Assembly: GCA_963707025.1 (NCBI GenBank)
Contig: CAVPOM010000007.1
Span: 192,001 to 256,000, forward strand
Length of the DNA stretch: 64,000 nucleotides
Direction: 5' to 3'
Source of the DNA: an uncultured Verrucomicrobiae bacterium
Lineage (GTDB): Bacteria > Verrucomicrobiota > Verrucomicrobiia > Limisphaerales > Palsa-1400
Below are positions 30,824 through 41,135 of the stretch, in pieces. A model generated the notes under the pieces. It did not search any database. It was given only the letters and a program-made list of their open reading frames with translations, and was not told where the DNA came from. Numbering within the stretch: the first letter of the stretch is position 1; each line of letters opens with the position of its first letter. A program made the translations under genes and the position numbers.

Positions 30824-31828
30824 ATGCCCACCGAAACCGTGCATTTTGAAAATCCGCGCCTGGCGCAACAACTGTTCAATCACGAGCCGCGCAATCTCCA
30901 GGCCCTGGAGCAGGAGCTGGCCGTCAAGGCGGTGGCGCGCGAAGAGTGGATCAAACTGGAGGGCGCGGCCGAGGACATTGCGCGGGCGCGCGAAATGTTT
31001 CACTTGCTGGAGAAATCCTTGAAGGCGGGCGGCATGGTGCGCAACCGCGAGTTCGCCCAGGCTCTGAGCGTGGTGAAAAATGACGGCGTGGCCGCGCTGC
31101 GCAACCTCCTGGCCGAGCGCATCGTCACGTCCCCGCGCAAGGCGGCCGTCCTGCCCAAAACCATCGGGCAGAAGAAGTACGTGGACGCCATTCGGGCCCA
31201 CGACGTCACCTTCGGCATCGGCCCGGCCGGGACGGGGAAAACGTATCTGGCCATGGCCATGGCCCTGGCCGCCTTGCAGGAGGAACAGGTCGCCCGCATC
31301 ATTTTGACGCGCCCGGCGGTGGAGGCGGGCGAGGCGCTGGGCTTCCTGCCGGGCGACCTCTACGAAAAAATCACCCCCTACCTGCGGCCCTTGCACGACG
31401 CCCTGCACGACATGCTGCCGGCCGAGGAAATCCAAAAACAGATGGAGCGCGGGGTGATCGAAATTGCGCCGCTGGCCTACATGCGCGGGCGCACCCTCAA
31501 CAACGCCTTCATCATCCTGGACGAGGCGCAAAATTCGACGGCGGAACAGATGTATATGTTCTTGACGCGTTTGGGGATGAGCTCCAAGACGGTCATCACC
31601 GGCGACACCACCCAAATTGATTTGCCGCCCCACAAGCAATCCGGCCTGCTCGAAGCCGAGCGCGCCCTGCAAAGCATTGACGGCATCGCCCTGATCGAGT
31701 TTTCCCGCCGCGACATCGTCCGGCATCCCCTGGTCCAGCGCATCATCGCGGCTTACGAGGAACATCGCGGCCGGCGCCGCGCCGCCGCGCCGGAGGCCAG
31801 GCGAACCCGGGCCGGGGGCGAAGCATAG
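30824..31828 (+). CDS. phoH: PhoH-like ATPase (YbeZ)
   Basis: GPAGTGKT, TRPAVEAGE.LGFLPG, MRGRTL, DEAQN, VRHPLV. Confidence 0.95.
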   Translation: MPTETVHFENPRLAQQLFNHEPRNLQALEQELAVKAVAREEWIKLEGAAEDIARAREMFHLLEKSLKAGGMVRNREFAQALSVVKNDGVAALRNLLAERIVTSPRKAAVLPKTIGQKKYVDAIRAHDVTFGIGPAGTGKTYLAMAMALAALQEEQVARIILTRPAVEAGEALGFLPGDLYEKITPYLRPLHDALHDMLPAEEIQKQMERGVIEIAPLAYMRGRTLNNAFIILDEAQNSTAEQMYMFLTRLGMSSKTVITGDTTQIDLPPHKQSGLLEAERALQSIDGIALIEFSRRDIVRHPLVQRIIAAYEEHRGRRRAAAPEARRTRAGGEA

Positions 31829-31831
31829 ACG

Positions 31832-32371
31832 ATGGCACGCACAAAAATCCCTTCCTCCCGTCCCCCGCCCTGGCTGCAGGTGTGCAGCCGGCAAAAGACC
31901 CGGCGCCTGAATCTGCCGCTGCTGCGCCAAGTGATCCGCCGCCTTTTGCAGGAATGGCCGCCCCGGCGCGGGCCAAGCGGCGCGCAGGGAAGTTTTGGCG
32001 CGGGCGGGCAATTGGGCGTTTACTTCATCCAGGCCGCCGACATGGCCCGCTTGAACGAACAATTCCTGGGCCACGCCGGCTCGACCGATGTGCTCACATT
32101 TGATTACGCGGCCGGGGCCGAACCGGGCGGAAGGCGCGGCGAGATTTTTATTTCGGTGGACGACGCGGTGGCCAGCGCCCCGCGTTTTCGCGCCACCTGG
32201 CAGTTGGAATTGGCCCGTTACCTGGTCCATGGCCTGTTGCATCTGCGGGGCTACGACGACCGGCGCCCGGCGGCGCGGCGGGAGATGAAAAAGGAAGAAG
32301 ACCGCGTGTTAAAGGCATTGTCGCGCCGCTTTGATTGGGGCAAATTGGAAAGGGTCAAAAATGCCGTTTGA
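31832..32371 (+). CDS. ybeY: rRNA maturation RNase YbeY
   Basis: TDVLTF, GEIFIS, HGLLHLRGYDD. Confidence 0.9.
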   Translation: MARTKIPSSRPPPWLQVCSRQKTRRLNLPLLRQVIRRLLQEWPPRRGPSGAQGSFGAGGQLGVYFIQAADMARLNEQFLGHAGSTDVLTFDYAAGAEPGGRRGEIFISVDDAVASAPRFRATWQLELARYLVHGLLHLRGYDDRRPAARREMKKEEDRVLKALSRRFDWGKLERVKNAV

Positions 32372-33050
32372 AGTCAACAACATCTTGAACCGGTGGCGGC
32401 GGAATTTTCTGGCGGGCCTGGCGATTGCCATGCCCGGCATCATTTCCATCGCGGTGGTCGTCTGGCTTTTTCAGAACGTTTCCAACCTGACCGACCTGCT
32501 GCTGTTCTTTCTGCCGCCCAGTGTGACCCATGCCGACGACGGGAAGGGAAAAATGTATTGGTATTGGAGTTGTTGCGCGCTGGTGCTGGCGGTGTTTCTC
32601 ATTGGCCTGGTCGGAAGCCTGGCCCGCGATTATTTTGGGCGCAAAGCCATTAAATGGGCCGACGCGGCCTTGATGGGCATTCCCCTGCTCAACAAGATCT
32701 ACGGCACGGTCAAGCAGGTCAACCAATCGTTTTCCAACAACAAATCGGCCTTTCAGCAGGTGGTGCTGGTGGCCTTCCCGCACCCCGGCGCGCGCGCCAT
32801 CGGTTTTGTCACCGGCGAACAAAAGAATCTCGGCCCGGAGAAATTGCTCAGCGTTTTCGTTCCCACCACACCCAACCCGACCTCCGGTTTTCTGCTGTTG
32901 TTGCCGGAGCACGCGATGGTCAAACTGGACATGTCGGTGGGCGACGGGATTAAATTTGTCATCAGTCTTGGGGCCATTTCGCCGGGGCAGGCGGCCCATG
33001 CCATCTCGGCGCTGGCGCCGGGGCGTGAGGAACAGCCTCCGGAAATATGA
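32361..33050 (+). CDS. DUF502 membrane protein
   Basis: IPLLNKIYGTVKQ, VFVPTTPNPTSGF. Confidence 0.9.
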   Translation: MPFEVNNILNRWRRNFLAGLAIAMPGIISIAVVVWLFQNVSNLTDLLLFFLPPSVTHADDGKGKMYWYWSCCALVLAVFLIGLVGSLARDYFGRKAIKWADAALMGIPLLNKIYGTVKQVNQSFSNNKSAFQQVVLVAFPHPGARAIGFVTGEQKNLGPEKLLSVFVPTTPNPTSGFLLLLPEHAMVKLDMSVGDGIKFVISLGAISPGQAAHAISALAPGREEQPPEI

Positions 33051-33900
33051 ACTGCGAGCGCGCCACCGGAGTGGTCTTGCGCACGCGGCCGCTGACGGAC
33101 AGCAGCCTGGTGGTCCACTGGCTGACGGCCGGGCTGGGGCGTCTGGCCACGGTGGCCAAGGGGGCGCGGCGGCCCAAGTCGCCGTTTCGGGGGCAGTTGG
33201 ATCTTTTTTATCTGGCCGATTTGAGTTTTGCGCGCAGCCGGCGGTCGGAGTTGCATGCGCTGCGCGAAGTGCAGGTGCTGGAAACCCACCGCGGCCTGCG
33301 CCAGGACCTGGCCCATCTCCAGCAAGCTTCCTACTGCGCCCTGCTCATCGAACAAACCACCGAAACGGAAGCGCCCCTGGGCGCCTTGTTCGATCAATTC
33401 ACGGGCCTGCTGGGCGTCCTGCCCAGGGAGCCGCCCGGCCCCAAACCATTTTTGCCTTCGAGATGAAGTTGCTGGAGGAGCTGGGCTTGCAGCCGGACCT
33501 GGCCGGGACGAAATTGAGCGCGGGCGCGCGGCAAATTTTGCGGCGGATGGAGGAAGCGGAATGGGAGGCGGTTTTCCGGCTGCGGCTGAGCGCGGCGCAG
33601 GCGGAGGAAATTGGCCAATTCCTGCACGGCTTCCTGATTTATCATCTGGGAAAAATCCCCGCAGGCCGCCACGCCTGGCCTGGCGGGCGGAGGGCCGGAG
33701 GCCAAATAATTCCGTGGCTCGCGCCGGCGGCACAATCTGCTGGCCGGATGGAAAAGGCACTCCGCAAGTCTTGCCGGACGTGGCCAGGCTGCGCGAGACA
33801 AACTAAACCGGCCTCCAGCCAGGTCAGCCCAGGGCGACGGCCTTTTCCGGATCGGGACCTCTGCAAAACGCGCGTCCACAATTGCAGCGGCGGTCTATGA
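33047..33900 (+). CDS. recO: DNA repair protein RecO (frameshift near 33430; true 3' end uncertain, homology fades near 33680)
   Basis: GRLATVAKGARRPKSPFRGQLDLF, then QTIFAFEMKLLEELG in another frame. Confidence 0.8.
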
Positions 33901-33972
33901 CCGCCGCAAACCAGCGGAAATAAGGGCATGGCGGCGGTCAAAGACCGCTGCTACAGGAGTTTTGCAGAGGTC
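33856..33972. mobile_element. MITE-like element with 14-bp TIRs enclosing an inverted REP doublet
   Basis: GACCTCTGCAAAAC..GTTTTGCAGAGGTC; inner CGGCGGTCTATGACCGCCG and GGCGGTCAAAGACCGCTGCTAC. Confidence 0.8.
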
Positions 33973-35773
33973 TCTGCTCGGGTTCCCGCCACTTGCCGTG
34001 TTCGCGGATGAGATCCACCAGGCGGTCCACCGCCTCGGCTTCGGGAATGTTGAACTTGACAGGGTTCTTGCCGACGTAGAGGTTGATTTTGTTGGGCGCG
34101 CCGCCCACGTAGCCAAAATCGGCGTCGGCCATTTCTCCGGGGCCGTTGACGATGCAGCCCATGATGGCAATCTTCACTCCCTTCAAATGCACGGTGCGCT
34201 CTTTGATGCGGGCGGTGACGGTCTGCAAATTGAACAGGGTCCGGCCACAGGAAGGACAGGCCACGAAATCGGTCTTGAAGCTGCGGCAGCCGGCGGCTTG
34301 CAAAAGGTTGTAGGCCAGACGCAGGCTTTGGCCCGCCCCCGCTTCGCCGCGAATCAAGATGGCGTCGCCAATCCCGTCCGCCAGCAGGGAACCCAGGACG
34401 ACGGAGGCCCGCAGCAAGGCGATCTTCGGCTCCAGCGGCACGGCCTCCAAGCGGAGGCAGTCCTTGAGCAAAATGGGGTTGTGGCGGCCCAGGGCCTTGA
34501 GCTTGGCGGCCAGCAGGCGAAAGGCCGGGATGGCAGGAAGAGCCACGCCGTCCTTGACCGTGACAAGCTGGGTGTCGGCAGGGATGGCGAAATCGGCCGC
34601 GGGATCAATTTCCTGGAGCTTGAGGTCTTCGTAAATCGCCTCGGGCCGGACGTTGTCTTTGGGCTGGATGCGCGGGGCGACTTTCTCCCAGGTGGCGCGG
34701 GTGACGACGACCCGCACGGTTTGTTGGCCGCCGCATTTGCTGGACTGGCCCAGGGCAATTTCCGGCGTCTTGCGCCGGGTGAAGGCGAAGGGGTCGAAGG
34801 GATTGGGAATGGGGTGTTGGGGATTGCGGACGGCGGATTTAAGGTCCAGAAAATCCGCGCTGCCTTGCACGGTCAGGGTTGGAATTTGCGCCAACAGATC
34901 GGTGCAGACGGCGATTTCGTTGGGGGAATCTTCGGTCAGGGAAACGCGGAGGGTGTCGCCCAGGCCGTCGCACAGGAGCGAGCCGATGCCGATGGCGCTT
35001 TTGATGCGGCCATCCTCGCCTTCGCCGGCTTCGGTCACGCCGAGGTGGATGGGGTAGTTCCAATCCGGCCCCAATTCCACCAGGCGGGCCACGAGCAGGC
35101 GGTAGCACTCGATCATGACCTTGGGGTTGCTGGCCTTCATGGAGAATTTGAAGTTGTGGAAATTGTGCTGGCGGGCGATGCGGGCAAACTCCAGGGCGCT
35201 CTCCACCATGCCCAGCGGGGTGTCGCCGTAACGGTTCATGATGCGGTCGCTCAAGGAACCATGATTGGTGCCGATGCGCAAGGCCCGGCCCAGTTGCTGG
35301 CAGAGCTGGACCAGGGGGGTGAATTGTTCCTCGAGGCGGGCCAGTTCGGCGGCGTATTGCTCGTGGCTGTATTCGCGCACGGCGAATTTCTTCTTGTCGG
35401 CGTAGTTGCCGGGATTGACGCGCACCATCTCCACCCAGCGGGCGGCTTCCAGGGCGGCGTCGGGCTTGAAATGGATGTCGGCCACAATGGGCACGCGGCA
35501 GTGGCGGGCGCGGAGTTCGGCGACAATGTTTTTGAGGTTGGCGGCGTCCTTGACGGTGGGGGCGGTGATGCGGACGATCTGGCAGCCGGCGGCCACCAGT
35601 TCGAGGGTTTGTTTGACGCACTCGGCGGTGTCCATCGTGTCGCAGGTGAGCATGGACTGTTTGACGACGGGGTGATGGCCGCCGAGGATGAGGCCGCCGT
35701 TGGCGGGATCGCCCACGATGACTTCGCGGGTCTTGCGCCGGGTGTAGAAGAAAGGCGACTGGCAGTAGCGCAT
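33938..35773 (-). CDS. ispG: HMBPP synthase (long form)
   Basis: VKQSM, PIVADIHF, RVNPGN, RIGTNHGSLS, HLGVTEAG, CPSCGR, MGCIVNGPGE. Confidence 0.96.
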   Translation of the reverse strand: MRYCQSPFFYTRRKTREVIVGDPANGGLILGGHHPVVKQSMLTCDTMDTAECVKQTLELVAAGCQIVRITAPTVKDAANLKNIVAELRARHCRVPIVADIHFKPDAALEAARWVEMVRVNPGNYADKKKFAVREYSHEQYAAELARLEEQFTPLVQLCQQLGRALRIGTNHGSLSDRIMNRYGDTPLGMVESALEFARIARQHNFHNFKFSMKASNPKVMIECYRLLVARLVELGPDWNYPIHLGVTEAGEGEDGRIKSAIGIGSLLCDGLGDTLRVSLTEDSPNEIAVCTDLLAQIPTLTVQGSADFLDLKSAVRNPQHPIPNPFDPFAFTRRKTPEIALGQSSKCGGQQTVRVVVTRATWEKVAPRIQPKDNVRPEAIYEDLKLQEIDPAADFAIPADTQLVTVKDGVALPAIPAFRLLAAKLKALGRHNPILLKDCLRLEAVPLEPKIALLRASVVLGSLLADGIGDAILIRGEAGAGQSLRLAYNLLQAAGCRSFKTDFVACPSCGRTLFNLQTVTARIKERTVHLKGVKIAIMGCIVNGPGEMADADFGYVGGAPNKINLYVGKNPVKFNIPEAEAVDRLVDLIREHGKWREPEQRPLQNSCSSGL

Positions 35774-35777
35774 GGGT

Positions 35778-37187
35778 TTACTGGCCCGGATTGGCCGGGT
35801 GCGGGGCGGGTTTGGCGGGCTGCTCGATTTGAGATTCCTGGCTGAACAAGACCCGGATCAGAGGCAGCCGGCGCAAATCGAAGAAGGTGACGTAGAGCAT
35901 GAAGGAGATGAGCAGGACGGCAAAGACGGTGGTGATGTATTCGACCAGGCGAACGTCCAGGGGCCGGCGGCGAATCCGCTCCAACACGGCCATGACGATG
36001 TGGCCGCCATCCAGAACCGGAATGGGCAGCAGATTGATGATGGCCAGATTGATATTGAGCATGACCAGAAAACCCAGCGCCAGCCGGTAGTCGGTGTTCA
36101 CTTTGACCGCCAGAAAACTGATGATCCCGACCGGGCCGGCCAAATCGCTGGCCTTGACTCCGCTGGAATGGGAATGCACCAGGGCGCTGATCGTGCCGGT
36201 CAATTGACCGAGAACCTCGGTGATCTGGGCCAGCGGCGTGGGGTGTTCCAGCACATAAACGTCCTTGCTGAACCCGAACTCCACGCCGAGCCGGCCTTTT
36301 TTGGCCACCATCTCCGTCGCGGGCGTCACGTTCACGGTCAGGCGCTCGCGGCCGCGCTTGACCACCAGCGGGGTGGCATGGCCGGCGCACTTCTGCAACA
36401 GATTGGTCAGTTGTTTGAAGCCGCTGATCGGCACGCCCGCGAAATTGACGATTTCGTCGTTGGTTTGCAGATGCGCTTTTTCCGCCGGGCTGTCCGCTTT
36501 CACCGTTTTGACGATGAGCAGATCGCGCGGGCTTAAGTTGAGCGTTTTGAGGTCAATCAGCGCTTTGACTTCGGGGGCTTCGTTGGCCGCGGCCTTCAAC
36601 AGGTAAGTGTTGGTCTTGCCCTCGCGCTTGATGGCGACGGGCAAAACATTGGTCAAGGCCAGCGCCGTGGCGTTGTTCACGTCCTCCCAGGATTTGACCG
36701 CCTTGCCATTGACGGCCACGATCTCGTCGCCGTCCTGAATGCCCAACGCGGCCTCCGGCGTGCCCGGTTCGACGTAGCCAATGATGGAAGGATTGACCGG
36801 CACGGGCAGGCCGACCCAAAAAATGACGGAGGCGATGGCAAAGGCAAAAGCCACGTTCATAAATGGCCCGGCCGCAGCCACCAGGATCTTCGACCAGGGC
36901 GGGGCCGGAGGGATTTGTTCCTGGCTGGCTTCCCCCTCAATGGCGGCGGCGGTGATCATTTGGGGCAGCTTGACGAAACCGCCCGCCGGAATCCAGCGCA
37001 CCGAATACTCGATGCCGTCGCGCACCCAGCCAAAAATCTTCGGGCCGAATCCGATGGCGAAAGCCTCGACTTTCATGCCGCGGCGGCGTGCCACCCAATA
37101 ATGGCCGAACTCGTGGACGAAGATGGCCGCCCCGAAGAGCAGGACGACAGCCGCGCCGATTTTCAAATAATTCAGAACTTCAGTCAT
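35778..37187 (-). CDS. rseP: RIP metalloprotease RseP
   Basis: HEFGH, two PDZ domains, NLLPIPVLDGG. Confidence 0.93.
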   Translation of the reverse strand: MTEVLNYLKIGAAVVLLFGAAIFVHEFGHYWVARRRGMKVEAFAIGFGPKIFGWVRDGIEYSVRWIPAGGFVKLPQMITAAAIEGEASQEQIPPAPPWSKILVAAAGPFMNVAFAFAIASVIFWVGLPVPVNPSIIGYVEPGTPEAALGIQDGDEIVAVNGKAVKSWEDVNNATALALTNVLPVAIKREGKTNTYLLKAAANEAPEVKALIDLKTLNLSPRDLLIVKTVKADSPAEKAHLQTNDEIVNFAGVPISGFKQLTNLLQKCAGHATPLVVKRGRERLTVNVTPATEMVAKKGRLGVEFGFSKDVYVLEHPTPLAQITEVLGQLTGTISALVHSHSSGVKASDLAGPVGIISFLAVKVNTDYRLALGFLVMLNINLAIINLLPIPVLDGGHIVMAVLERIRRRPLDVRLVEYITTVFAVLLISFMLYVTFFDLRRLPLIRVLFSQESQIEQPAKPAPHPANPGQ

Positions 37188-37333
37188 TAGGAACCGGGCC
37201 GTTTTGGCGACAGGGAAAGTCTAACTGGTAAATCCTTAAAAGCAAAATGCAAATTGCGAAACAAAGCAGGGGGCAGCTTGATGCCGCCACCATGCCATTT
37301 GCCTTTCCCCCGCCCCGCGAAGTGGCGAGAGGG

Positions 37334-39541
37334 TCAGGGCGGGGGATTGCGGGAGGGGAGTTGATCAAGGGCCTGGCGGGCGGGCTGGTTGTTTGGGTCC
37401 AGACGAAGGACTTGCTCAAACTCCGTTTTTGCCTCGGCCATGCGGCCCTGGCGGGATAGTTCCCCAGCCAAAGCAAGGTGCCCGTCCGCATATTCCGGGC
37501 GGATCTGGATGGCTTTGCGAAATTGGGCCAGGGCGGCGGCGGGCCGGTTCATCCTGGACAACAGCCTGCCCAGGCAGGCGTAGAAGGCGGGTTGTTCAGG
37601 CTCCAGGCTGCAGGCCCGTTCGCATTCCTGGAGGGCCGGCTCATATTTTCCCTCGCTGGCGTGGATGTTGCTCAATTCGTACCACGCCGCCGTCATTCTC
37701 GGATTCAAAGCCACCGTCTGGCGGAAGGCAGATTCGGCCGCATCCAGTTGCCCCTGTTTCTCCAGCATGCGGGCCTGCTGCAAATAACCCAGATAGTAGT
37801 GCGGCAACAGCGCCTGCACTTCCTTCCAGGAAGAGGCGGCGTCGCGCCAGTCTCCGATGGCTTCCAGAAAATCACCGTAATCGAAGCGCAACTGGTAATC
37901 GTCCGGATCACGCCCGATGTCCTCCAGATAAATCGCGCGGGCGCGGCCGGCCGCGGCGGCGTCCATCTGCCGGCGCAAAATGTTCAATTGGTTGCGCAGG
38001 TTTTCCAACTCGGCGGCGTTGCCGGACTGGCCGCTCCAGGGAGGTTGCAGCCGGCGGCGGATGACTTCGCTGACGGTCGCGCTCCGGTTCCAATCCGTCA
38101 AGGCCAGCCGTGCCTCGGCGGCCCCCTGCGCAAGCCAGGGATGGGTGGCGCCAGGCCCGGCGGAGACGGGCAGGAGCGGCGCGATTTTTTCCGCCCACGC
38201 CCGGCCCAGACGGTAGTTGCCGTCGAAATTGAAATGGACATGCTCGAAGAAGGTTTCGTCGCCGCACAGATTCGCCGGGCTGTCGGCGGCCAGGGCGGCG
38301 GCGGCGTCAAACAAAAGGAGGTTGGAGCCGGCCGAGGGCGGGGCGGCCTGGCGGATCAGGTCGTTGATGCGCGCATCGGCGCGAAAAGGAAGGGCGTCGC
38401 AGTTGCAGGCCATTTGATAATGTTCCCGCGCGGCGGCGGTGTTGCTCAGGCTCAACAAACACCCGGCCCAGCCATACTGGCAGTCGGCGGACAGGGGCTG
38501 GAGTTTGGCCGCCCGCTCGAAATCCCGGGCCGCCTCCCCGAACCGGCCTTGCCGCCGGGCCTGGGCGGCGTCGGCCGCCAGTTGTTCCCAAGAGGCCCGA
38601 TCCGCCGGGGGCAGGTTGGTGGGGGGCAGGGAGGCGAAAGGCGGACAGTCCTTGAGATTGACAGCCACGGTGTTGAGAATGACGCGCACGCCCGCGTCCC
38701 GGCCCGCCTGGAGGAGGTCGCGCAGGTTCTGTTGGAAATTGCGATAGACCCTCTCCTTGCGCGGGTCATCCGGCGCCAGCGGATGGCCCAGGAACATCTC
38801 CATCCCGCCCCAGGCCGCGTTCCGGGAGGATTTGAATTGGAGATGGCGCACGCCCGCCATGAGCCACTGGCCGGCGCGGGTTTTTTGCAGGGCCAGGCTG
38901 AGGCGCACGGTCCATAAGGGCGGGGCCTGGGCCCCGAAGACGCTGGCGGCGCCGAAAGGCCCGACCATTTCGTTGTTGCCCATATAAACAATCCAGAAAT
39001 CGCCCTGCTGGCGGGCGCACTCGCGGGCGATGGGCAGAATGGCATGAGAGTTGATGGCGGTGATGGCGACGTTGACCACCTCGAACTTTTCTCCGGGAAA
39101 GTGATCGGACAACAGGGCCTGCAAATATCTCCCCGCCCCGTAAGCAGGATTGGGGTCGCCCAGCGCGGCGGATTCTCCGAGGATGAAAATGCGGCAGGTG
39201 CGGGGCGGCTTCTCCGCTGCCAGGCGCAGGGCGCCGGGCAGGCGGGCCAGTTGCGGCGGAAAAAAGCGGAGGACAAAACTGTCATTGTTGATGAGAAAGT
39301 CCCGGCCGTTGATGCGGGCTTTTTTGAAGAAGGCCGTGTCATAACCGTAGCCGGCGGCGCGCAAGACGCCTTCCAGCACGGCAAAGGCCAGCGCCGGCGC
39401 AAGCAGCAAGGCGAGCAGCGCAAAGAGCAGGCGGCGGCGCGGCGGCCGGGCGGCAACGGCTTCCGGGCGGCGCGGCGCGGCAGGCCCGCCCCCTTTGGGC
39501 TGGTTGGCCGCCTTGGAATTAGGACGCCGGCTTTTCAACAC
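37334..39541 (-). CDS. membrane-anchored SGNH-like/TPR protein
   Basis: N-terminal TM, ILGESAA, YMGNNE, EHVHF, C-terminal TPRs. Confidence 0.8.
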   Translation of the reverse strand: MLKSRRPNSKAANQPKGGGPAAPRRPEAVAARPPRRRLLFALLALLLAPALAFAVLEGVLRAAGYGYDTAFFKKARINGRDFLINNDSFVLRFFPPQLARLPGALRLAAEKPPRTCRIFILGESAALGDPNPAYGAGRYLQALLSDHFPGEKFEVVNVAITAINSHAILPIARECARQQGDFWIVYMGNNEMVGPFGAASVFGAQAPPLWTVRLSLALQKTRAGQWLMAGVRHLQFKSSRNAAWGGMEMFLGHPLAPDDPRKERVYRNFQQNLRDLLQAGRDAGVRVILNTVAVNLKDCPPFASLPPTNLPPADRASWEQLAADAAQARRQGRFGEAARDFERAAKLQPLSADCQYGWAGCLLSLSNTAAAREHYQMACNCDALPFRADARINDLIRQAAPPSAGSNLLLFDAAAALAADSPANLCGDETFFEHVHFNFDGNYRLGRAWAEKIAPLLPVSAGPGATHPWLAQGAAEARLALTDWNRSATVSEVIRRRLQPPWSGQSGNAAELENLRNQLNILRRQMDAAAAGRARAIYLEDIGRDPDDYQLRFDYGDFLEAIGDWRDAASSWKEVQALLPHYYLGYLQQARMLEKQGQLDAAESAFRQTVALNPRMTAAWYELSNIHASEGKYEPALQECERACSLEPEQPAFYACLGRLLSRMNRPAAALAQFRKAIQIRPEYADGHLALAGELSRQGRMAEAKTEFEQVLRLDPNNQPARQALDQLPSRNPPP

Positions 39542-39639
39542 TGAATTCTAAGAAATGCCCCGCCGCTTGGCAATCTCCATGGCCGGCGCATCAAAGAATG
39601 ATTGACGCTGGCCTTTCGGCGGCGCAGACTCGCGCCAAG

Positions 39640-41058
39640 ATGAGGCTCAATCGGACAACTTGGCTGTTAGCGGCGGCGCTCACTCTCCCCGGCGCCGCTT
39701 TTTCCCAAACGAAAACAGTCGCGGTTTACGTGACCGCCAAAGACACGGGGCAACGGCTGGCCCGGGCCGGGGAGTTGTCCTGGATGGATCTTCCGCAACC
39801 TGCGGAACAGACGCAGGAGTGCGTCTTCGTGGATCCCTCCAAGACTTTCCAAACGGTAGTGGGAATCGGGGGAGCCTTGACCGATGCCGCGGCGGAGACC
39901 TATTACAAATTGCCGGAAGAGAAGCGGCGGCAATTCTTGCGGGCCTGTTTTGATCCGCAAAACGGCATCGGCTACACTCTGGGGCGCACCCACATCAACA
40001 GTTGCGATTTTTCCAGCGCCAGCTACACCTACGTGGCCGAGGGGGACCGGGAGTTGAAGAGTTTTAGCATTGCCCACGATTTGAAATATCGCATTCCCTT
40101 CATCAAAGAGGTGCTGGCCGCCGCGGGAAGGGAGATGAGCCTGTTCATTAGTCCGTGGAGCCCGCCGGCCTGGATGAAAGACAACCAGGACATGCTGCAC
40201 GGCGGGAAATTGAAGCCGGAATGTGATGAGGCCTGGGCGCGCTATTACGTCAAGTTCATCCAGGCTTATGAGAAGGAAGGCATTCCCATCTGGGGTCTGA
40301 CCGTGCAGAACGAGCCGATGGCGGTGCAACCCTGGGAATCTTGCCTCTACACCGCCTCGGAAGAACGCGACTTTGTCAAGAACCACCTCGGCCCGGCCTT
40401 GAGCCAGGCGGGATTGACCGGCAAAAAACTCATGATCTGGGACCATAATCGGAGCATGATGTATCAACGCGCCCAGGTGGTGCTGGAGGATGCGGAGGCC
40501 GCCAAATATGTGTGGGGTGTGGCCTTCCATTGGTATGTGGGCGACCATTTCGAGAATGTCAGCCGGGTGCGCGAAGCCTGGCCGAAAATCAACCTGTTGT
40601 TCAGCGAAGGCTGCCACGGCCCCTACGACGCCGCCAAACTGGACGACTGGCAATGGGGCGAACTCTACGGCACGGCCATGATCCATGATTTCAATGACGG
40701 CAGCGCCGGCTGGACGGATTGGAATGTCCTGCTGGACGAGCGCGGCGGACCGAACCATGTCAACAATTTCTGTTTCGCCCCGATTCACGGCGACACCAAA
40801 ACGGGGGAGCTGCGCTACATGAACTCCTACTATTACATCGGCCACTTCTCCAAATTCATCCGGCCGGGGGCGCGGCGGATCATCAGTTCCTCCACGGTGG
40901 ATGATTTGTTGACAACCGCCTTTGTCAACCCGGACGGCAAGATCGCCGTGGTGGTGATGAATGCCTCCGATGGGGCCCAGCCGTTTTATTTGTGGCTGGA
41001 TGGAAAGGCCGCCAAAACCAGCAGCCCGGCGCATTCCATTGCGACCTACCTGTTCTGA
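39640..41058 (+). CDS. glycoside hydrolase family 30
   Basis: GIGGALTD, SCDFS, SPWSPPAWMK, QNEP, WDHN, FSEGC, WTDWN. Confidence 0.92.
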   Translation: MRLNRTTWLLAAALTLPGAAFSQTKTVAVYVTAKDTGQRLARAGELSWMDLPQPAEQTQECVFVDPSKTFQTVVGIGGALTDAAAETYYKLPEEKRRQFLRACFDPQNGIGYTLGRTHINSCDFSSASYTYVAEGDRELKSFSIAHDLKYRIPFIKEVLAAAGREMSLFISPWSPPAWMKDNQDMLHGGKLKPECDEAWARYYVKFIQAYEKEGIPIWGLTVQNEPMAVQPWESCLYTASEERDFVKNHLGPALSQAGLTGKKLMIWDHNRSMMYQRAQVVLEDAEAAKYVWGVAFHWYVGDHFENVSRVREAWPKINLLFSEGCHGPYDAAKLDDWQWGELYGTAMIHDFNDGSAGWTDWNVLLDERGGPNHVNNFCFAPIHGDTKTGELRYMNSYYYIGHFSKFIRPGARRIISSSTVDDLLTTAFVNPDGKIAVVVMNASDGAQPFYLWLDGKAAKTSSPAHSIATYLF

Positions 41059-41135
41059 CCCGGTTCCCCCGGAAGTTGCGCTGATGGCTTTGCCGTTTCT
41101 GTATGACGAAACGTTCCAGTTCTTTGAGATCTATT

